DNA of 64,000 nt from Kofleriaceae bacterium (GTDB lineage Bacteria; Myxococcota_A; Polyangia; Haliangiales; Haliangiaceae): contig CBDCCZ010000001.1 in NCBI GenBank assembly GCA_965215005.1, positions 1 through 64,000 of the forward strand, written 5' to 3'. Each line of letters opens with the position of its first letter. The stretch's first letter is position 1. The notes under the pieces were generated by a model, which did not search any database, had not been told where the DNA came from, and saw nothing but the letters and a program-made list of their open reading frames with translations. The position numbers and the translations under genes were made by a program. Shown here in pieces: positions 30,479 through 43,495 of the stretch.

Positions 30479-33400
30479 TTAGCCCTCGAGCAAGCGCTTG
30501 ATGAGCTCGAGGTTGATGGGCTTGGTGGCGTGTTCGTCGAAGCCGGCATCAAGCGCTTGCTCGCGATCTTCGGGACGGCCATACCCCGTTACCGCGATGA
30601 GCCGAAGCGAGCGGTCGTGCGACTGTCGCAGGCTGCGGGCGATGTCGTAGCCGGACATGCCATCGGGCAAGCCGATGTCGCAGAACACCACCTCGGGTGC
30701 GAACGCGGCGATCACAGCCAGCGCATCCGGTCCATCATGAGCGACGCGCGCTTCGCAGCCGAGGAGCTCGAGGATTTGCGCGAGCATTTCCGCGGCATCG
30801 ACGTTGTCATCGACGACCACGACCCGTCGGCGCTCGAGGTGTGCCTCGACGGCCGTAGTCGAGCTTATCGCCGCTGCCGAAGCTAGCAGCGGCAGCGACA
30901 CCCGCAGCTCCGCGCCATGTCCCAGTCCCGCAGAACGGGCCTCGACGCGGCCGCCATGCAGCTCGATCAGCCCCTTGACCAGCGCCAGCCCGAGCCCGAG
31001 TCCGCCGGCCGCTCGATCGAGGGGCTGGGCTCCTTGGCGGAACGGCTCGAAGATCGTGGGGAGCAGCTCGGCGTCGATGCCCACCCCGGTGTCGCGCACC
31101 GCGATCTTGACGTCGCCGTCCCCACGACTGACTCGTACCGTCACCACGCCGGGGGAGGTCGTGTACTTGATGGCGTTAGCGAGCAGGTTACTCATCACCT
31201 GAGTGAGCCGGACGGGATCCCCGTTTACCCACAGCGGCGCATCGGGAATATCGACCTCGAGCGCCAGCCCGGCATCATCACACGCGCTGCGTTGGTCCTC
31301 GACCGCGGTGCGAATGAGCGCAGCGAGCTCGAGACGTTGCTCATCGAGCCGGAGCTTGCCGCGCGTGATGCGCGAGACGTCGAGCAGCCCATCGAGGATC
31401 TTGCCCATGTGCAGCGTCTGTCGGTCGATGATGTCGCAGGTTCGCGCCAGCATCGGATGCTCGAGGTCGAGCAGTTTCTGCACCTGCGCCGCGTTGCGCA
31501 GCGCGCCCAGCGGGTTGCGTAGCTCGTGCCCGAGCATGGCCAGAAAATCATCCTTGTGGCGAAGGGCATCCTCGAGTGCTTGCTCATAGCGCTTGCGGTC
31601 GGTGATGTCTTCGATGAGCCAGAGGAGGTCCGAACGGCTGGCGCGGGGATCGAGCGGCGTGACTCGGAGCTTGGTCCACAGTTGCACGCCGTCTTCGCGC
31701 ACGAAGCGGGTATCGAGCACCAAGGGCAGCGTGCGTTCGCGCAAAGCGGCCAGCACCGGCTGGGCGCTTTCGACCGTTAGCAGCGAGGCGATAGAGCGAG
31801 CCTCGAGTTGATCCCGAGGATGCTCGAGCAAGGCGATGAGCGCGGGGTTGACGGCGCGAATGGCGCCGCTTTCGTCGCTGACCGCAATGCCGATCGTGGC
31901 TTGCTCGAACAGTGCGCGGAAGCGTTCCTCGCGCGCGCGAAGCTCCTCCTCAGCGTTGCGTGCTGCGGTAACGTCAAACACCACGCCGCCGATCTCGGTG
32001 GGAGAGCCAGAGTCATTACGATTCGAGATGCCAGCAACGACGCGCAATGTCACCAGCTGCCCCTGCTCATGACGCACGCGCAGCTCCATGGTGCAGCGAC
32101 CGCGACCGTGAGCGATAAACTCGCTGTAGGAACGCTCGACCCGCGAGAATTCCACTGGGTCGATGCGCTCCTGTAGCCACGGAAGCAGGCCCCGGTGGTC
32201 GGGGATGTCCTCGAGCTCGACGCCGAGGAGCTCGGCAAGACGATGGTTGATGAAGGTGTAGCCATCGAGCGGTAGGCGGTGTTGCAACACGCCGGCTTCG
32301 GAGGCATCGATAGCGAGCTGCAAGCGGCGCTCACGATCTTCGAGCGTGCGGCGAGTTCGCACCTGTTCGGAGACGTCAAAGGAGAAGCTCATTACTCCTT
32401 GAACGGTGCCGTCGGTGTCGAACCAGGGCTGCATGATCTGGTTGAAGAAGCCTGATTCGGTGTGGCCATCGCGCAGCCAGGTGTACTCAACCTCGGCAGC
32501 GGCAGAAGGATTGCCGGTTCGGTAGACGTAGTCGAAGCGCTCAAACAACCCCTGATCGACGAGCTCGGGGAGGACCTCCTTCAGGGGCAAGCCGAGCATC
32601 GGCTTGCCGACGGCGCGCAGCGCTAGCTCGTTGATGAACTCGCACACGTGGTTCGGGCCGCGGTGAACGGTGATGTTTGCGGGGGCCTGCGCGAACAGCC
32701 GAAACAGCTGCTCGCGGGCGGCTTCGGCCTCGAGCCGCAGCGCTGCCGTGTGCTCGAGCAAGCGGTCTCGTTCGTTCTCGGCCAGACGTTGCTCGGTAAC
32801 GTCTGCGACCGTGCAGCTGATGGCTTCGACGAAACCCTCGCGAATCACTGGCACGTAGCTGCAGCGCCAGAATCGCTGCTCCTCCCCGGTGCCAGAACGG
32901 ATGCCGCTGACTTCGATATCGAGCAAGCTGCGACCGGTCTCGAGAACGTCGTGGAGCGGCGGTATCAAGTCGGCGGCGAGCTCGGGGAGCATTTCGCTCA
33001 CCGAGCGGCCGAGGTGCTGCGCGGGCAGATTGCCGTTGAACAGCGCCATGCGCTCATTGATGCTCAGATAGCGCAGCTCACGATCGAGCAGCGCAAGCCC
33101 CACCGGAACGCTGCTATAGATGGTTTCGAGCTCGAGAGCTTTTCGCCGCTGCTCCGCCTCGCTAGCGCGCAGGCGCTCGTCGGCACCGAGCCTACCGGCC
33201 GCGGCGGCGACCAGGTTGGCGACCGACTGCAAGAAGTTGGCGTCGTCGGCGGTGAAGTTGCGCGCTGCGGTGGTGTGCGCGCCGATCACGCCGTACGGCA
33301 TGCCGCCATTGCGGATGACACAGCTGAGGCCACTAACGACCTGATGCTCTTCCAGCAGCGGCGGCCCGCGAAATCGCATCTCGGTAGCAAGATCGGCAAC

Positions 33401-36217
33401 GATCACCGGCATCGCGGTGCTCAGCGTATAGCCGGCTTGTGAGCCGCTCTCGGCGGGCACGTACGCTTGACCGACGAGTCCTTCGTGCCAGCCCTCGCCG
33501 GAGCGAAGCAGCAGACGGTCACCTTCCGGGGTGAGCTCGAGGATCTTGCAGAGCTCGACGTCGAGCAGGCGACGGACGACCCCCACGACCTCATCGAGGA
33601 GCGCATCGAGCTCGCTCACCGCCAGCGCGCGCAGCCCCAGGCGTGCCACCGCTTCCTGCTGCCTCTGACGCACGAGAACCTGCTCGGAGGCGCGCTTGAT
33701 GTCGGTGACGTCGTGAAATGCGATCACCACGCCTTGGATGCGATTGTGCTCGGTGCGGTACGGCAGGACGCGGCGCGAGAGCCATTGCTGGCCCGCGGCT
33801 AGCTCGGCCTCGCGAGGACGAAGGTCGTCGAGCACGGCTTCGATCGCAGCGGCAAGATCATTGTCGAAGAGGGGGCGAGCGATGTCGTCGATGCAGCGGC
33901 CGAGGTCCTCATCGGAGAGTCGCAGCAGGGTCTTGGCGGCGGGCGTGAGGCGCTTTATGCAGCGACTCTCATCGAGAAACACCGTGGCAAGCTTGGTGCT
34001 GGCAAAGAAGTTGACCAAGTCGTCATGCGCTTCTTCGAGCTGAGTCACCTTCTCTTGTAGCTGCACATTGACGGTGGTGACTTCTTCATTGAGCGCACGG
34101 AGCTCTTCTGTGGTGGCCTCGAGCTCTTCATTTGCCGACTGCAGCTCCTCATTCATCGACACCGACTCTTCATGCGCTGCACGGAGCTCGTCGGTAGAGG
34201 ACTCGAGCTCTTCGACCGTCGCTCGCAGATCCTCGCGCGTCGCTCTGAGCTCTCGTTCGAGCTGCTCGCTGATGGCCGCGCTGGTGGCATCGAGCTGCAC
34301 CACGTCGTGTGCTTCGGCTGCTGCGCGCTGAAACGAAACCACCATCGCAGCATCCTCGAACGCCTCGGTGGCAACCGGCCGCACGCAGATTCGCAGGTGC
34401 TCGGCCTCGCCCTCGCCGTCGCGCAGGGCCGTGACCTCGACCGGCTCGCGGTCGCGCCGGCCCTTGTAGATCGCCGCGCGCACCCGCACGCGCAAATCCT
34501 CGCGCAGCATGGTCAACAGCTCGAGGCGTGGCTCGCCGGCGGTGATGCCAAGATAGGGGGTAAGGTCGCCGTGGACGTAAAGCACGTGGTCGTCGCGGTC
34601 GACGATGACGGACGGTGGAACCCAGCTTTGGACCAACTCGGCCCGCGCCAGCTCTGACATGCTCGCGTCTTGCGAGCGTCGACGCGGGATCGGTTGTTCG
34701 ATGGCCTCTACGACTCCATCGGGACGAGTGTAGCGGCGTGCGCGCGCAGCGACGCGCCGGTCAGATGCTGCCGAAACTTTGCGCCGGAAGATGCGCCAGG
34801 TCTTGGAAACCGGCGTAAACAGCTCCCCTGCGGCGCTCTGCGACTCGGAGCTGCCGAGAAACAAGAGCCCACCGGGCCGCAGCGCGAAGTGCAACAGGTC
34901 GAGTACCTGCGTTTGAGTCTCGCGGCGCAAATAGATGAGGACGTTGCGGCAGCTGACCAAATCGAGACGCGAGAACGGCGGATCGGCGGTGAGATCGTGA
35001 AGCGCAAACGAGACGCAGTCTCGCACCCGCTGCTCGACTTGAATGCCCCGCTCGGTGGGCGCTCGAAAGAACCGCTCGAGACGTTGCGGCTCGATGGTGG
35101 CGGTAGCCGACGCGGAGTAGATACCGGCGCGGGCGATGGCCAGCGCATCGGCGTCGACGTCGGTGGCGAAGATCTGCACCCCAACGGATCGACTGCTGTG
35201 CTCGATGGCTTCGAGCAGCAAGATGGCGAGCGAGTACGCCTCTTCGCCGGTCGCGCAGCCAGGCACCCACGCGCGCACGACTTCTCCTGACGGCGCGTCT
35301 CGAATCAGCGTAGCAAGGTGCTCACCGATTGCGGCAAAGGCGTCTGCGTCGCGGAAGAACTCGGTAACCCGGATGAGCAGATCGTTGACGAGCTGCTGGC
35401 GTTCCTCGTCGTCTTGCTGCAGGCGCGTCACGTACGTGGCGCTGTCTTGTGAGCCGGTGATGCCCATGCGGCGGGCGATGCGTCGGCGCACGGTGCCTTG
35501 CTTGTAGCGAGCGAGGTCGAGGTTGGCGTGCTCGCGTAGCAGCACGATGATCTGCGCCAGGTGCTCATCCGAGAGGAATTGGCGGAGCTCATCGGCGTGC
35601 ACTCGTGGCCGAACCGGACTGCCAGCGTAGCGTCCCAAGATGGTGGGAATCTCCTCGAGCGAGCGCACCAACTCGACCACGCCGGCTTCGATGGCGTGGC
35701 GCGGCATCTGCGGGTTGTGGGCCGTGTGCGGCTCTTGCGCAATGGTTAGGCCACCGGCGGCGCGAATCGCGCGAAGGCCGGCGGTTCCGTCGCTGCCGCC
35801 GCCCGAGAGCAGCACGCCCACGGCAAACTCGCCGTGCTCATCGGCGAGCGAGCGAAACAATGTGTCGATGGCTGCCCGCGAATCAGAGGGCGAGGCCAAG
35901 CGCTCGACGCGGAGGCAGCCTGCTTCGACGCGCAGCAGGGTGCCGGGGGCGATGGTGTAGACGTGGTCAGGCAGCAGCGGCTGGCCGTCGCGAGCTTCCT
36001 CGAGCGTGAGGGTGGTGTGCGACGCGAGTAGCTCGGCGAGCAAGCTCTCGTGGCTAGGATCGAGATGCTGAGCAACGAGGAGCGTGAGCGCTGCCGCGCT
36101 GTCGCTGTCGATGCCACTCAAGAGGCGGCGAAACGCTTCGAGACCCCCGGCAGAGGCACCGACGCCGACGATGAGGGGCGCGGGAGCATCGCGGGGCTCT
36201 TGAGCTTCGCGAATCAT
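30479..36217 (-). CDS. CheB-CheR fusion hybrid sensor kinase (CheB-CheR-coiled coil-PAS-GAF-PAS-HK-REC)
   Basis: GASAGGL, QHL, SDG; VTEFFRD, GCATGEEAYS, SCRNVLIY; HELRNPL, NAIKY, GLGLGL; CDIGLP..KP. Confidence 0.95.
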   Translation of the reverse strand: MIREAQEPRDAPAPLIVGVGASAGGLEAFRRLLSGIDSDSAAALTLLVAQHLDPSHESLLAELLASHTTLTLEEARDGQPLLPDHVYTIAPGTLLRVEAGCLRVERLASPSDSRAAIDTLFRSLADEHGEFAVGVLLSGGGSDGTAGLRAIRAAGGLTIAQEPHTAHNPQMPRHAIEAGVVELVRSLEEIPTILGRYAGSPVRPRVHADELRQFLSDEHLAQIIVLLREHANLDLARYKQGTVRRRIARRMGITGSQDSATYVTRLQQDDEERQQLVNDLLIRVTEFFRDADAFAAIGEHLATLIRDAPSGEVVRAWVPGCATGEEAYSLAILLLEAIEHSSRSVGVQIFATDVDADALAIARAGIYSASATATIEPQRLERFFRAPTERGIQVEQRVRDCVSFALHDLTADPPFSRLDLVSCRNVLIYLRRETQTQVLDLLHFALRPGGLLFLGSSESQSAAGELFTPVSKTWRIFRRKVSAASDRRVAARARRYTRPDGVVEAIEQPIPRRRSQDASMSELARAELVQSWVPPSVIVDRDDHVLYVHGDLTPYLGITAGEPRLELLTMLREDLRVRVRAAIYKGRRDREPVEVTALRDGEGEAEHLRICVRPVATEAFEDAAMVVSFQRAAAEAHDVVQLDATSAAISEQLERELRATREDLRATVEELESSTDELRAAHEESVSMNEELQSANEELEATTEELRALNEEVTTVNVQLQEKVTQLEEAHDDLVNFFASTKLATVFLDESRCIKRLTPAAKTLLRLSDEDLGRCIDDIARPLFDNDLAAAIEAVLDDLRPREAELAAGQQWLSRRVLPYRTEHNRIQGVVIAFHDVTDIKRASEQVLVRQRQQEAVARLGLRALAVSELDALLDEVVGVVRRLLDVELCKILELTPEGDRLLLRSGEGWHEGLVGQAYVPAESGSQAGYTLSTAMPVIVADLATEMRFRGPPLLEEHQVVSGLSCVIRNGGMPYGVIGAHTTAARNFTADDANFLQSVANLVAAAAGRLGADERLRASEAEQRRKALELETIYSSVPVGLALLDRELRYLSINERMALFNGNLPAQHLGRSVSEMLPELAADLIPPLHDVLETGRSLLDIEVSGIRSGTGEEQRFWRCSYVPVIREGFVEAISCTVADVTEQRLAENERDRLLEHTAALRLEAEAAREQLFRLFAQAPANITVHRGPNHVCEFINELALRAVGKPMLGLPLKEVLPELVDQGLFERFDYVYRTGNPSAAAEVEYTWLRDGHTESGFFNQIMQPWFDTDGTVQGVMSFSFDVSEQVRTRRTLEDRERRLQLAIDASEAGVLQHRLPLDGYTFINHRLAELLGVELEDIPDHRGLLPWLQERIDPVEFSRVERSYSEFIAHGRGRCTMELRVRHEQGQLVTLRVVAGISNRNDSGSPTEIGGVVFDVTAARNAEEELRAREERFRALFEQATIGIAVSDESGAIRAVNPALIALLEHPRDQLEARSIASLLTVESAQPVLAALRERTLPLVLDTRFVREDGVQLWTKLRVTPLDPRASRSDLLWLIEDITDRKRYEQALEDALRHKDDFLAMLGHELRNPLGALRNAAQVQKLLDLEHPMLARTCDIIDRQTLHMGKILDGLLDVSRITRGKLRLDEQRLELAALIRTAVEDQRSACDDAGLALEVDIPDAPLWVNGDPVRLTQVMSNLLANAIKYTTSPGVVTVRVSRGDGDVKIAVRDTGVGIDAELLPTIFEPFRQGAQPLDRAAGGLGLGLALVKGLIELHGGRVEARSAGLGHGAELRVSLPLLASAAAISSTTAVEAHLERRRVVVVDDNVDAAEMLAQILELLGCEARVAHDGPDALAVIAAFAPEVVFCDIGLPDGMSGYDIARSLRQSHDRSLRLIAVTGYGRPEDREQALDAGFDEHATKPINLELIKRLLEG

Positions 36218-36419
36218 CCGCGGACCTCGCGCCAAACCGGCGCCGGCGGGCTGCTTAGCACGCCCCGCTCGAGGTCTGCGACGAGCGGAGCGGGCGAGGC
36301 AGACACCGAAAGTGATCGAGTCGCGGGACTACGAATGTACATGCAATAGGCTCGCAAGGAGGCTTGAGCGGCAGCACAGCGGAGGAACCGTCTGTTCGCC
36401 AGACTGGCCAAAGCGATGG

Positions 36420-37475
36420 CTACTCTATATCAGGAGTGGTGATGTCTGGAGTCGTGATGTCTGGAGTCGTGATGTCTGGAGTCGTGATGTCTGGAGTCGT
36501 GATATCTGGAGTTCTGATCGCGTCGTCGTCGGCTTGCGTGGAAGTGGCGGTCTGCGGCATGCGGAAGTAGTAGAAGTAGCCGGGCGTAGCCGCGCGTCGC
36601 GCGCGTGCCTCGGGCGCGTCAAAGCCAGGCGGGGGTGCGTTGACATTGTTGCGTTGCGCGTTTGAGTTGATGCCGGGCGCGGGCGCGTTGCGGTTGATGC
36701 CGGGCGCGGGTGCGTTGCGGTTGATGCCGGGCGCGGGTGCGTTGCGGTTGATGCCGGGCGCGGGTGCGTTTGAGTTGATGCCGGGCGCGGGTGCGTTTGA
36801 GTTGATGCCGGGCGCGGGCGCGTTTGAGTTGATGCCGGGCGCGGGCGCGTTTGAGTTGATGCCGGGCGCGGGCGCGTTTGAGTTGATGCCGGGCGCGGGT
36901 GCGTTGGAGTTAACGCCGGGCGCGGGTGCGTTGCGGTTGATGCCGGGCGCGGGCGCGTTGACGTTGTTGCGTTGAGCGTTGGAGTTGATGCCCGGGGCGG
37001 GTGCGTTGACGTTGTTGCGTTGAGCGTTGGAGTTGATGCTCGGGGCGGGCGCGTTGACGTTGTTGCGTTGAGCGTTGTCGCTGCCTGGCGCGGCTGGGTT
37101 GGAGTTAATGCCCGGCGCGGGTGCAACGTTGTTGTTGCGTTGCGGCGCGAGATTCTGAGCATTGTCAGCGGTCCCGATGGGCGCGCGCCCGCGCAGGTTG
37201 GCGCCGGTTGACGGCTGTAGGTTCGCCGGCTCGGTTGCCAGATTCGGTGCCCGATTCGTCACGGCTTCCCCTGTGGTCGTTGGGACTGCAGCGGCGCCAG
37301 TCACCGATACACCTGTTGCGGATGGCCCCTCGTCGACGACTTTGGGCGCTGGCGCCCCTTCGCCCGTCACCGCGGTGTCGTCCGCGGGAGCCGGGGCAAT
37401 TCGTTCGCTGCCGTTGTTGCAACCAGCTAGCGTGACCGTCGCGAGCAACATGCAGAGTCGGCTTGAGCGCAGCAT
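36420..37475 (-). CDS. Repeat-rich lipoprotein (NAPAPGIN[S/R] and TPDIT repeats)
   Basis: TLAGC lipobox; frame open across the repeats; sigma54 motif upstream. Confidence 0.65.
   Translation of the reverse strand: MLRSSRLCMLLATVTLAGCNNGSERIAPAPADDTAVTGEGAPAPKVVDEGPSATGVSVTGAAAVPTTTGEAVTNRAPNLATEPANLQPSTGANLRGRAPIGTADNAQNLAPQRNNNVAPAPGINSNPAAPGSDNAQRNNVNAPAPSINSNAQRNNVNAPAPGINSNAQRNNVNAPAPGINRNAPAPGVNSNAPAPGINSNAPAPGINSNAPAPGINSNAPAPGINSNAPAPGINSNAPAPGINRNAPAPGINRNAPAPGINRNAPAPGINSNAQRNNVNAPPPGFDAPEARARRAATPGYFYYFRMPQTATSTQADDDAIRTPDITTPDITTPDITTPDITTPDITTPDIE
36423..36512 (-). repeat. 15-bp tandem repeat x6 encoding TPDI[T/E]
   Basis: GTGATGTCTGGAGTC units on the + strand. Confidence 0.95.
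36640..37140 (-). repeat. 27-bp coding tandem repeat (about 14 copies) with interspersed NAQRNNV modules
   Basis: GTTGATGCCGGGCGCGGG(C/T)GCGTT core repeated on the + strand. Confidence 0.95.
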
Positions 37476-37488
37476 GAGATGTCGCACT

Positions 37489-37504
37489 GGCAACCAATGT
37501 GCCA
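37489..37504 (-). promoter_or_regulatory. sigma54 (-24/-12) promoter
   Basis: TGGCACATTGGTTGCC (GG-N10-GC). Confidence 0.65.
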
Positions 37505-37602
37505 ACCGAGGCAAGCACAGCTGTCGCCGCAACGGACCTTTGGCGGGTGGCAATCAGCCGCACTGAGATCATTTTGCGTTGCTCCCTCACGCAACGCTCC
37601 AA

Positions 37603-37651
37603 GCCGCCGGTCCCGCTCCTACGCCGCCGCCGGTCCCGCTCCTACGCCGCC
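37603..37651. repeat. 23-bp intergenic tandem duplication
   Basis: GCCGCCGGTCCCGCTCCTACGCC x2. Confidence 0.8.
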
Positions 37652-37752
37652 GCGTGCGTCTCAGATCCCTTTGCCTGAGCCGCGCGGGCTAGCCTGGCCG
37701 AGCTTAGCCCCGCGCTAGTTAGCCTAGGCGACTGAGCGTGAGTCGCAGCGCC

Positions 37753-40182
<2,430 letters not shown>

Positions 40183-40196
40183 GGAGCTTTGCAGGC

Positions 40197-40212
40197 AGCA
40201 AGGCGCATGCCT
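40197..40212 (-). promoter_or_regulatory. sigma54 (-24/-12) promoter
   Basis: AGGCATGCGCCTTGCT (GG-N10-GC). Confidence 0.55.
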
Positions 40213-40373
40213 TACGCTCGCTGAGCAATTTTAGTGAGTTACGCGAGAGTTGCGGGGACTTCCCACCGCAGTGGTGGGGGCTCTCGCCCTAGAGCGGCGG
40301 AACCAGCCCCAGTCAAAAGACGGGGTGTTTCGGTTACATATCCGGTGGCTGCTGCCCAACCGACCCGGTCTGT

Positions 40374-41072
40374 TCAGCTCGTCTCCACGTGCGCCGCAAA
40401 GAAGCCCGCCACTTGCTCCATGAGCTCGTCGATGGTGGCGCCGGTGACGTCGATGGGGGCGCCAAATACCACGCGCACCCGCTGATGGGTCATCATCCGC
40501 ACGCTTCCTGGAGGCAGCACCCGATGGGTGCCACTGATCGCGAGCGGCACGATCGGAGTCGCGGTGGACTTCGCGAGGTGAAAGCCGCCTTTCTTGAGCG
40601 GCCCCAGGGCTCCGGTCCGCGAGCGGCTCCCCTCAGGCGCGATCCACACGCTCACTCCCTCGGCCATGCGCGAGGCGGCACTGGTGAGACTGTCGATCGC
40701 GCGGGCGCGGTTGCGACGGTCGACCTCGACCATGCCAGCAGCTCGCATCCCACGTCCCCACACCGGAATGCGGAACAGCTCACTTTTGGTCACCATGCGA
40801 ATCGAGGTAGCCGGCACCACATGACACAGCACCGGGATGTCGACGTGGCTCTGGTGATTCGACATGTAAACGAACGCGCGATCGCTCGGCACTAGCTCGC
40901 GGCCGCTCACCTCGAGCTCGATCGCCGCCTCTTCGACGACCCGGCGGCCCACTTGCCGCATCCGCGCGTCGACGCGCTCCCGAGGCGCAGGCCCGCGCAG
41001 CCCTTCGAGGTACGTCGGCACCGCTGCACGGGCGAGGTAGTACAGCGTGCGCATACTCAGCCCGAGACCCAT
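40374..41072 (-). CDS. Lysophospholipid acyltransferase (PlsC-like)
   Basis: NHQSHVD, VDR, PEGSRS, KKGGF; start at ATG 41072. Confidence 0.92.
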   Translation of the reverse strand: MGLGLSMRTLYYLARAAVPTYLEGLRGPAPRERVDARMRQVGRRVVEEAAIELEVSGRELVPSDRAFVYMSNHQSHVDIPVLCHVVPATSIRMVTKSELFRIPVWGRGMRAAGMVEVDRRNRARAIDSLTSAASRMAEGVSVWIAPEGSRSRTGALGPLKKGGFHLAKSTATPIVPLAISGTHRVLPPGSVRMMTHQRVRVVFGAPIDVTGATIDELMEQVAGFFAAHVETS

Positions 41073-41298
41073 CGGACGAAATCCTACCCGATCGGTCGCG
41101 CTGGGTCGTCTTCTGATAGCGCCTCCTTGGCGTGGCGGACGTGCGGCTGCGACACGCGCGAATCGCGAGCTGCGACTCTTCTGACACAACTGGGCGGCCG
41201 ATTCGCGGGCAAACCGCGTCGTGGGCATTCTCTGAGTACGGTACGCGGCTTGCTCACTGTCAGGCCGCATGAAGGTTCCCTCTGAAGCCACGGAGCCG

Positions 41299-42246
41299 AT
41301 GCCACCCCATCGAACCACGCAAGAGCGCCCGCGCCGCCGAGCGCTATTTCTTCGTAACAAGCACGCCCGTATGGGCAACGAGGATTCCTCCGCCGCCTGC
41401 GAGTCGCTCCGCGAGGAGGGCGTCGCGGTAACCGAGCCGGACATCGACGATCCCGACCGCATCCCGGAGATGATTCGCCAGCAGGCCCACGAGTACGACC
41501 TCGTGATCCTGGGTGGCGGCGACGGCACCATCAACAGTGCAGCGCCTGCGTTGATCGAGACGGGGGTTCCGTTGGGGATTCTGCCCATGGGTACCGCCAA
41601 CGATCTGGCGCGCACGCTCCTCATCCCTCAGGATATGACGGCAGCTTGTGACATCATCGCTTCGGGGACGCTGCACGCGATTGATGTGGGCGAGGTCAAC
41701 GGACATCCGTTTTTCAATACGGCTGGGATGGGACTCTCGAGTGCGGTTACCAAGACCATTTCCAACGCCACCAAGAGCCGTTGGGGTATTTTCGCGTACG
41801 CCGGCGCGATGCTCGACGCCTACAAGCGACAGCGTCCCTTCGAAGCGACCGTTGAAACGGAAGACCGCTGCCTGCGCATGCAGTCGCTGCAATTGACCAT
41901 CGCCAATGGCCGGTACTACGGCGGTGGAATGACCGCCGCGGCCGACGCCGCCATCGACGATGGCACCTTTGATGTATTTTCTCTCGAGCCCGTGGGCCTC
42001 ATGCAGCTCGTCGCGATGGCGCCTTGGTTTCGCGCGGGCCTGCACGAGCGCTGGGACGCTGTGCAGGTGCTGCACGCCCACGAGATTCGCGTGCGCACCA
42101 ATCGACCCTTGCCTATATGCGCCGACGGCGAGATGGTCTCTCATACTCCGGCGCATTTTCGACTCCGACGCGGCGCGCTGCGGGTCTTCGTCCCGGACGA
42201 ATATCTGGCTACCCGTGACGAGGGAGGATCCGATGCTCCGCAGTGA
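41299..42246 (+). CDS. Diacylglycerol-kinase-family lipid kinase (YegS-like)
   Basis: GGGDGTIN, LPMGTANDLAR, NGRYYGGG, DGE. Confidence 0.92.
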   Translation: MPPHRTTQERPRRRALFLRNKHARMGNEDSSAACESLREEGVAVTEPDIDDPDRIPEMIRQQAHEYDLVILGGGDGTINSAAPALIETGVPLGILPMGTANDLARTLLIPQDMTAACDIIASGTLHAIDVGEVNGHPFFNTAGMGLSSAVTKTISNATKSRWGIFAYAGAMLDAYKRQRPFEATVETEDRCLRMQSLQLTIANGRYYGGGMTAAADAAIDDGTFDVFSLEPVGLMQLVAMAPWFRAGLHERWDAVQVLHAHEIRVRTNRPLPICADGEMVSHTPAHFRLRRGALRVFVPDEYLATRDEGGSDAPQ

Positions 42247-42703
42247 TGCACAAGTAGCGGTTGACGATGTGGCGCTTGCCTGTCGTCGCGCTGAAATCGA
42301 TTATGCCGATAGCGCCGAGTTAGCGGGTGATGACGCCCTCGCCCACCTTTTTACGCGGCTGGGAAACGAGCGTAGGGCGATGGCCGAGGAGCTGGGGATG
42401 CGGCTCAAGGATCTGGGAGAGACGCCCACCGAGCCTGATCCCGATCGCCGCAGCCTCGCCAAGTTGGCGCGTCACATAAAGGTGGCAATGGTGAACGAGG
42501 AGCGGCTTACGCTGGTTCGCGAGCGTGAGCGCGCCGAAGAGGAGCTCGCCGAGCAAGTCGCGCGGACGCTCGAGCACGAGGTGCCGGAGACGACGCGCGC
42601 GACGCTGGAGCGGTTCGCTCGGCATGTCACGTGGACGTTAGAGCGGCTCGCCAGTGCCCGCTGCGAGCTCACTGCGGAGCACGCTTCTGGTGCCAGCGCG
42701 TAA
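42233..42703 (+). CDS. Ferritin-like four-helix-bundle protein (PA2169/DUF2383-like)
   Basis: Helical pattern DY..AE..L..LF..ER..AEEL..LG..P; overlaps the upstream gene. Confidence 0.6.
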   Translation: MLRSDAQVAVDDVALACRRAEIDYADSAELAGDDALAHLFTRLGNERRAMAEELGMRLKDLGETPTEPDPDRRSLAKLARHIKVAMVNEERLTLVRERERAEEELAEQVARTLEHEVPETTRATLERFARHVTWTLERLASARCELTAEHASGASA

Positions 42704-42726
42704 TCCTGCCGGCGGCGCTGCAGCGA

Positions 42727-43443
42727 TCACTGCTTTGCCCGGAACGTGAAGCTCGCCTTCGCTGTTTTCCCGGGCTTCACCGTCACCTGAGCCTTCTCCA
42801 GTCCCAGCACCGGGTGCCACGCCTGAACCGTATAGGTGCCCGGTGGCACGTTCTTTAGAGTGAAACTGCCCTCGTCGCTGGTGACGTCGAAGTAGGGATG
42901 ATCGCTGATGACCGCCCATGCCGCCATCCATGGATGCACGTCGCAGTGTAGCGAGACGACTTGGCCCGCCTCGCCAAGATCGCTTCGCACGATGGGGGCG
43001 GCTTTGGGTGGCTGGCTCAGATTCCAAGCGATGCGCGCGCCGAGGTTGCCGCGAACGTTGTGAAACGTCGCGTCGCCGTTGACGATTTCCACCGACTGGC
43101 CCGCCATGACCCCGACGACGCGCGGCTCATACATGCAGTCGCGTTGCACCACCTTTACTGGCGCGGATGGAGCCGCGTGCGAGCCGGCGGTTCCCGGTGT
43201 GATCTGCACATGAACACCGGCGAGCTTGCCATTGGCTACGACGACGTCTTCGGCGAGCTTGGGTGTCTTGGCGCAGACCGGGTCGGTATGCCGGTCGAGC
43301 GGCGCGCGGGGGGGCGCTTTGCCGGCAAACGATACGGTCCCGGCGATTTCTCCGGGTTTGCCGGACTTGCCAGGTTTGGCGTGGACGGTCGTGGTGAGCC
43401 CGAGAACGGCGAGGGCGATGGTGAGCTGATGTCGGTAATTCAT
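42727..43443 (-). CDS. Secreted protein with cupredoxin-like and carboxypeptidase-regulatory-like domains
   Basis: Signal peptide; C.YEP, HNV, CDVHPWM, G.FTL.NVPPGTY.V.AWH. Confidence 0.8.
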   Translation of the reverse strand: MNYRHQLTIALAVLGLTTTVHAKPGKSGKPGEIAGTVSFAGKAPPRAPLDRHTDPVCAKTPKLAEDVVVANGKLAGVHVQITPGTAGSHAAPSAPVKVVQRDCMYEPRVVGVMAGQSVEIVNGDATFHNVRGNLGARIAWNLSQPPKAAPIVRSDLGEAGQVVSLHCDVHPWMAAWAVISDHPYFDVTSDEGSFTLKNVPPGTYTVQAWHPVLGLEKAQVTVKPGKTAKASFTFRAKQ

Positions 43444-43495
43444 GACGTCCTTGGCAGCTACTGTTTCAGAGGAACGCTGCGCCGGCCAGGTCGAT

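Noticed and set aside
36423..37140. Repeat array as CRISPR or noncoding array
   Set aside because: No unique spacers, no cas genes; unit lengths are multiples of 3 within an open lipoprotein frame
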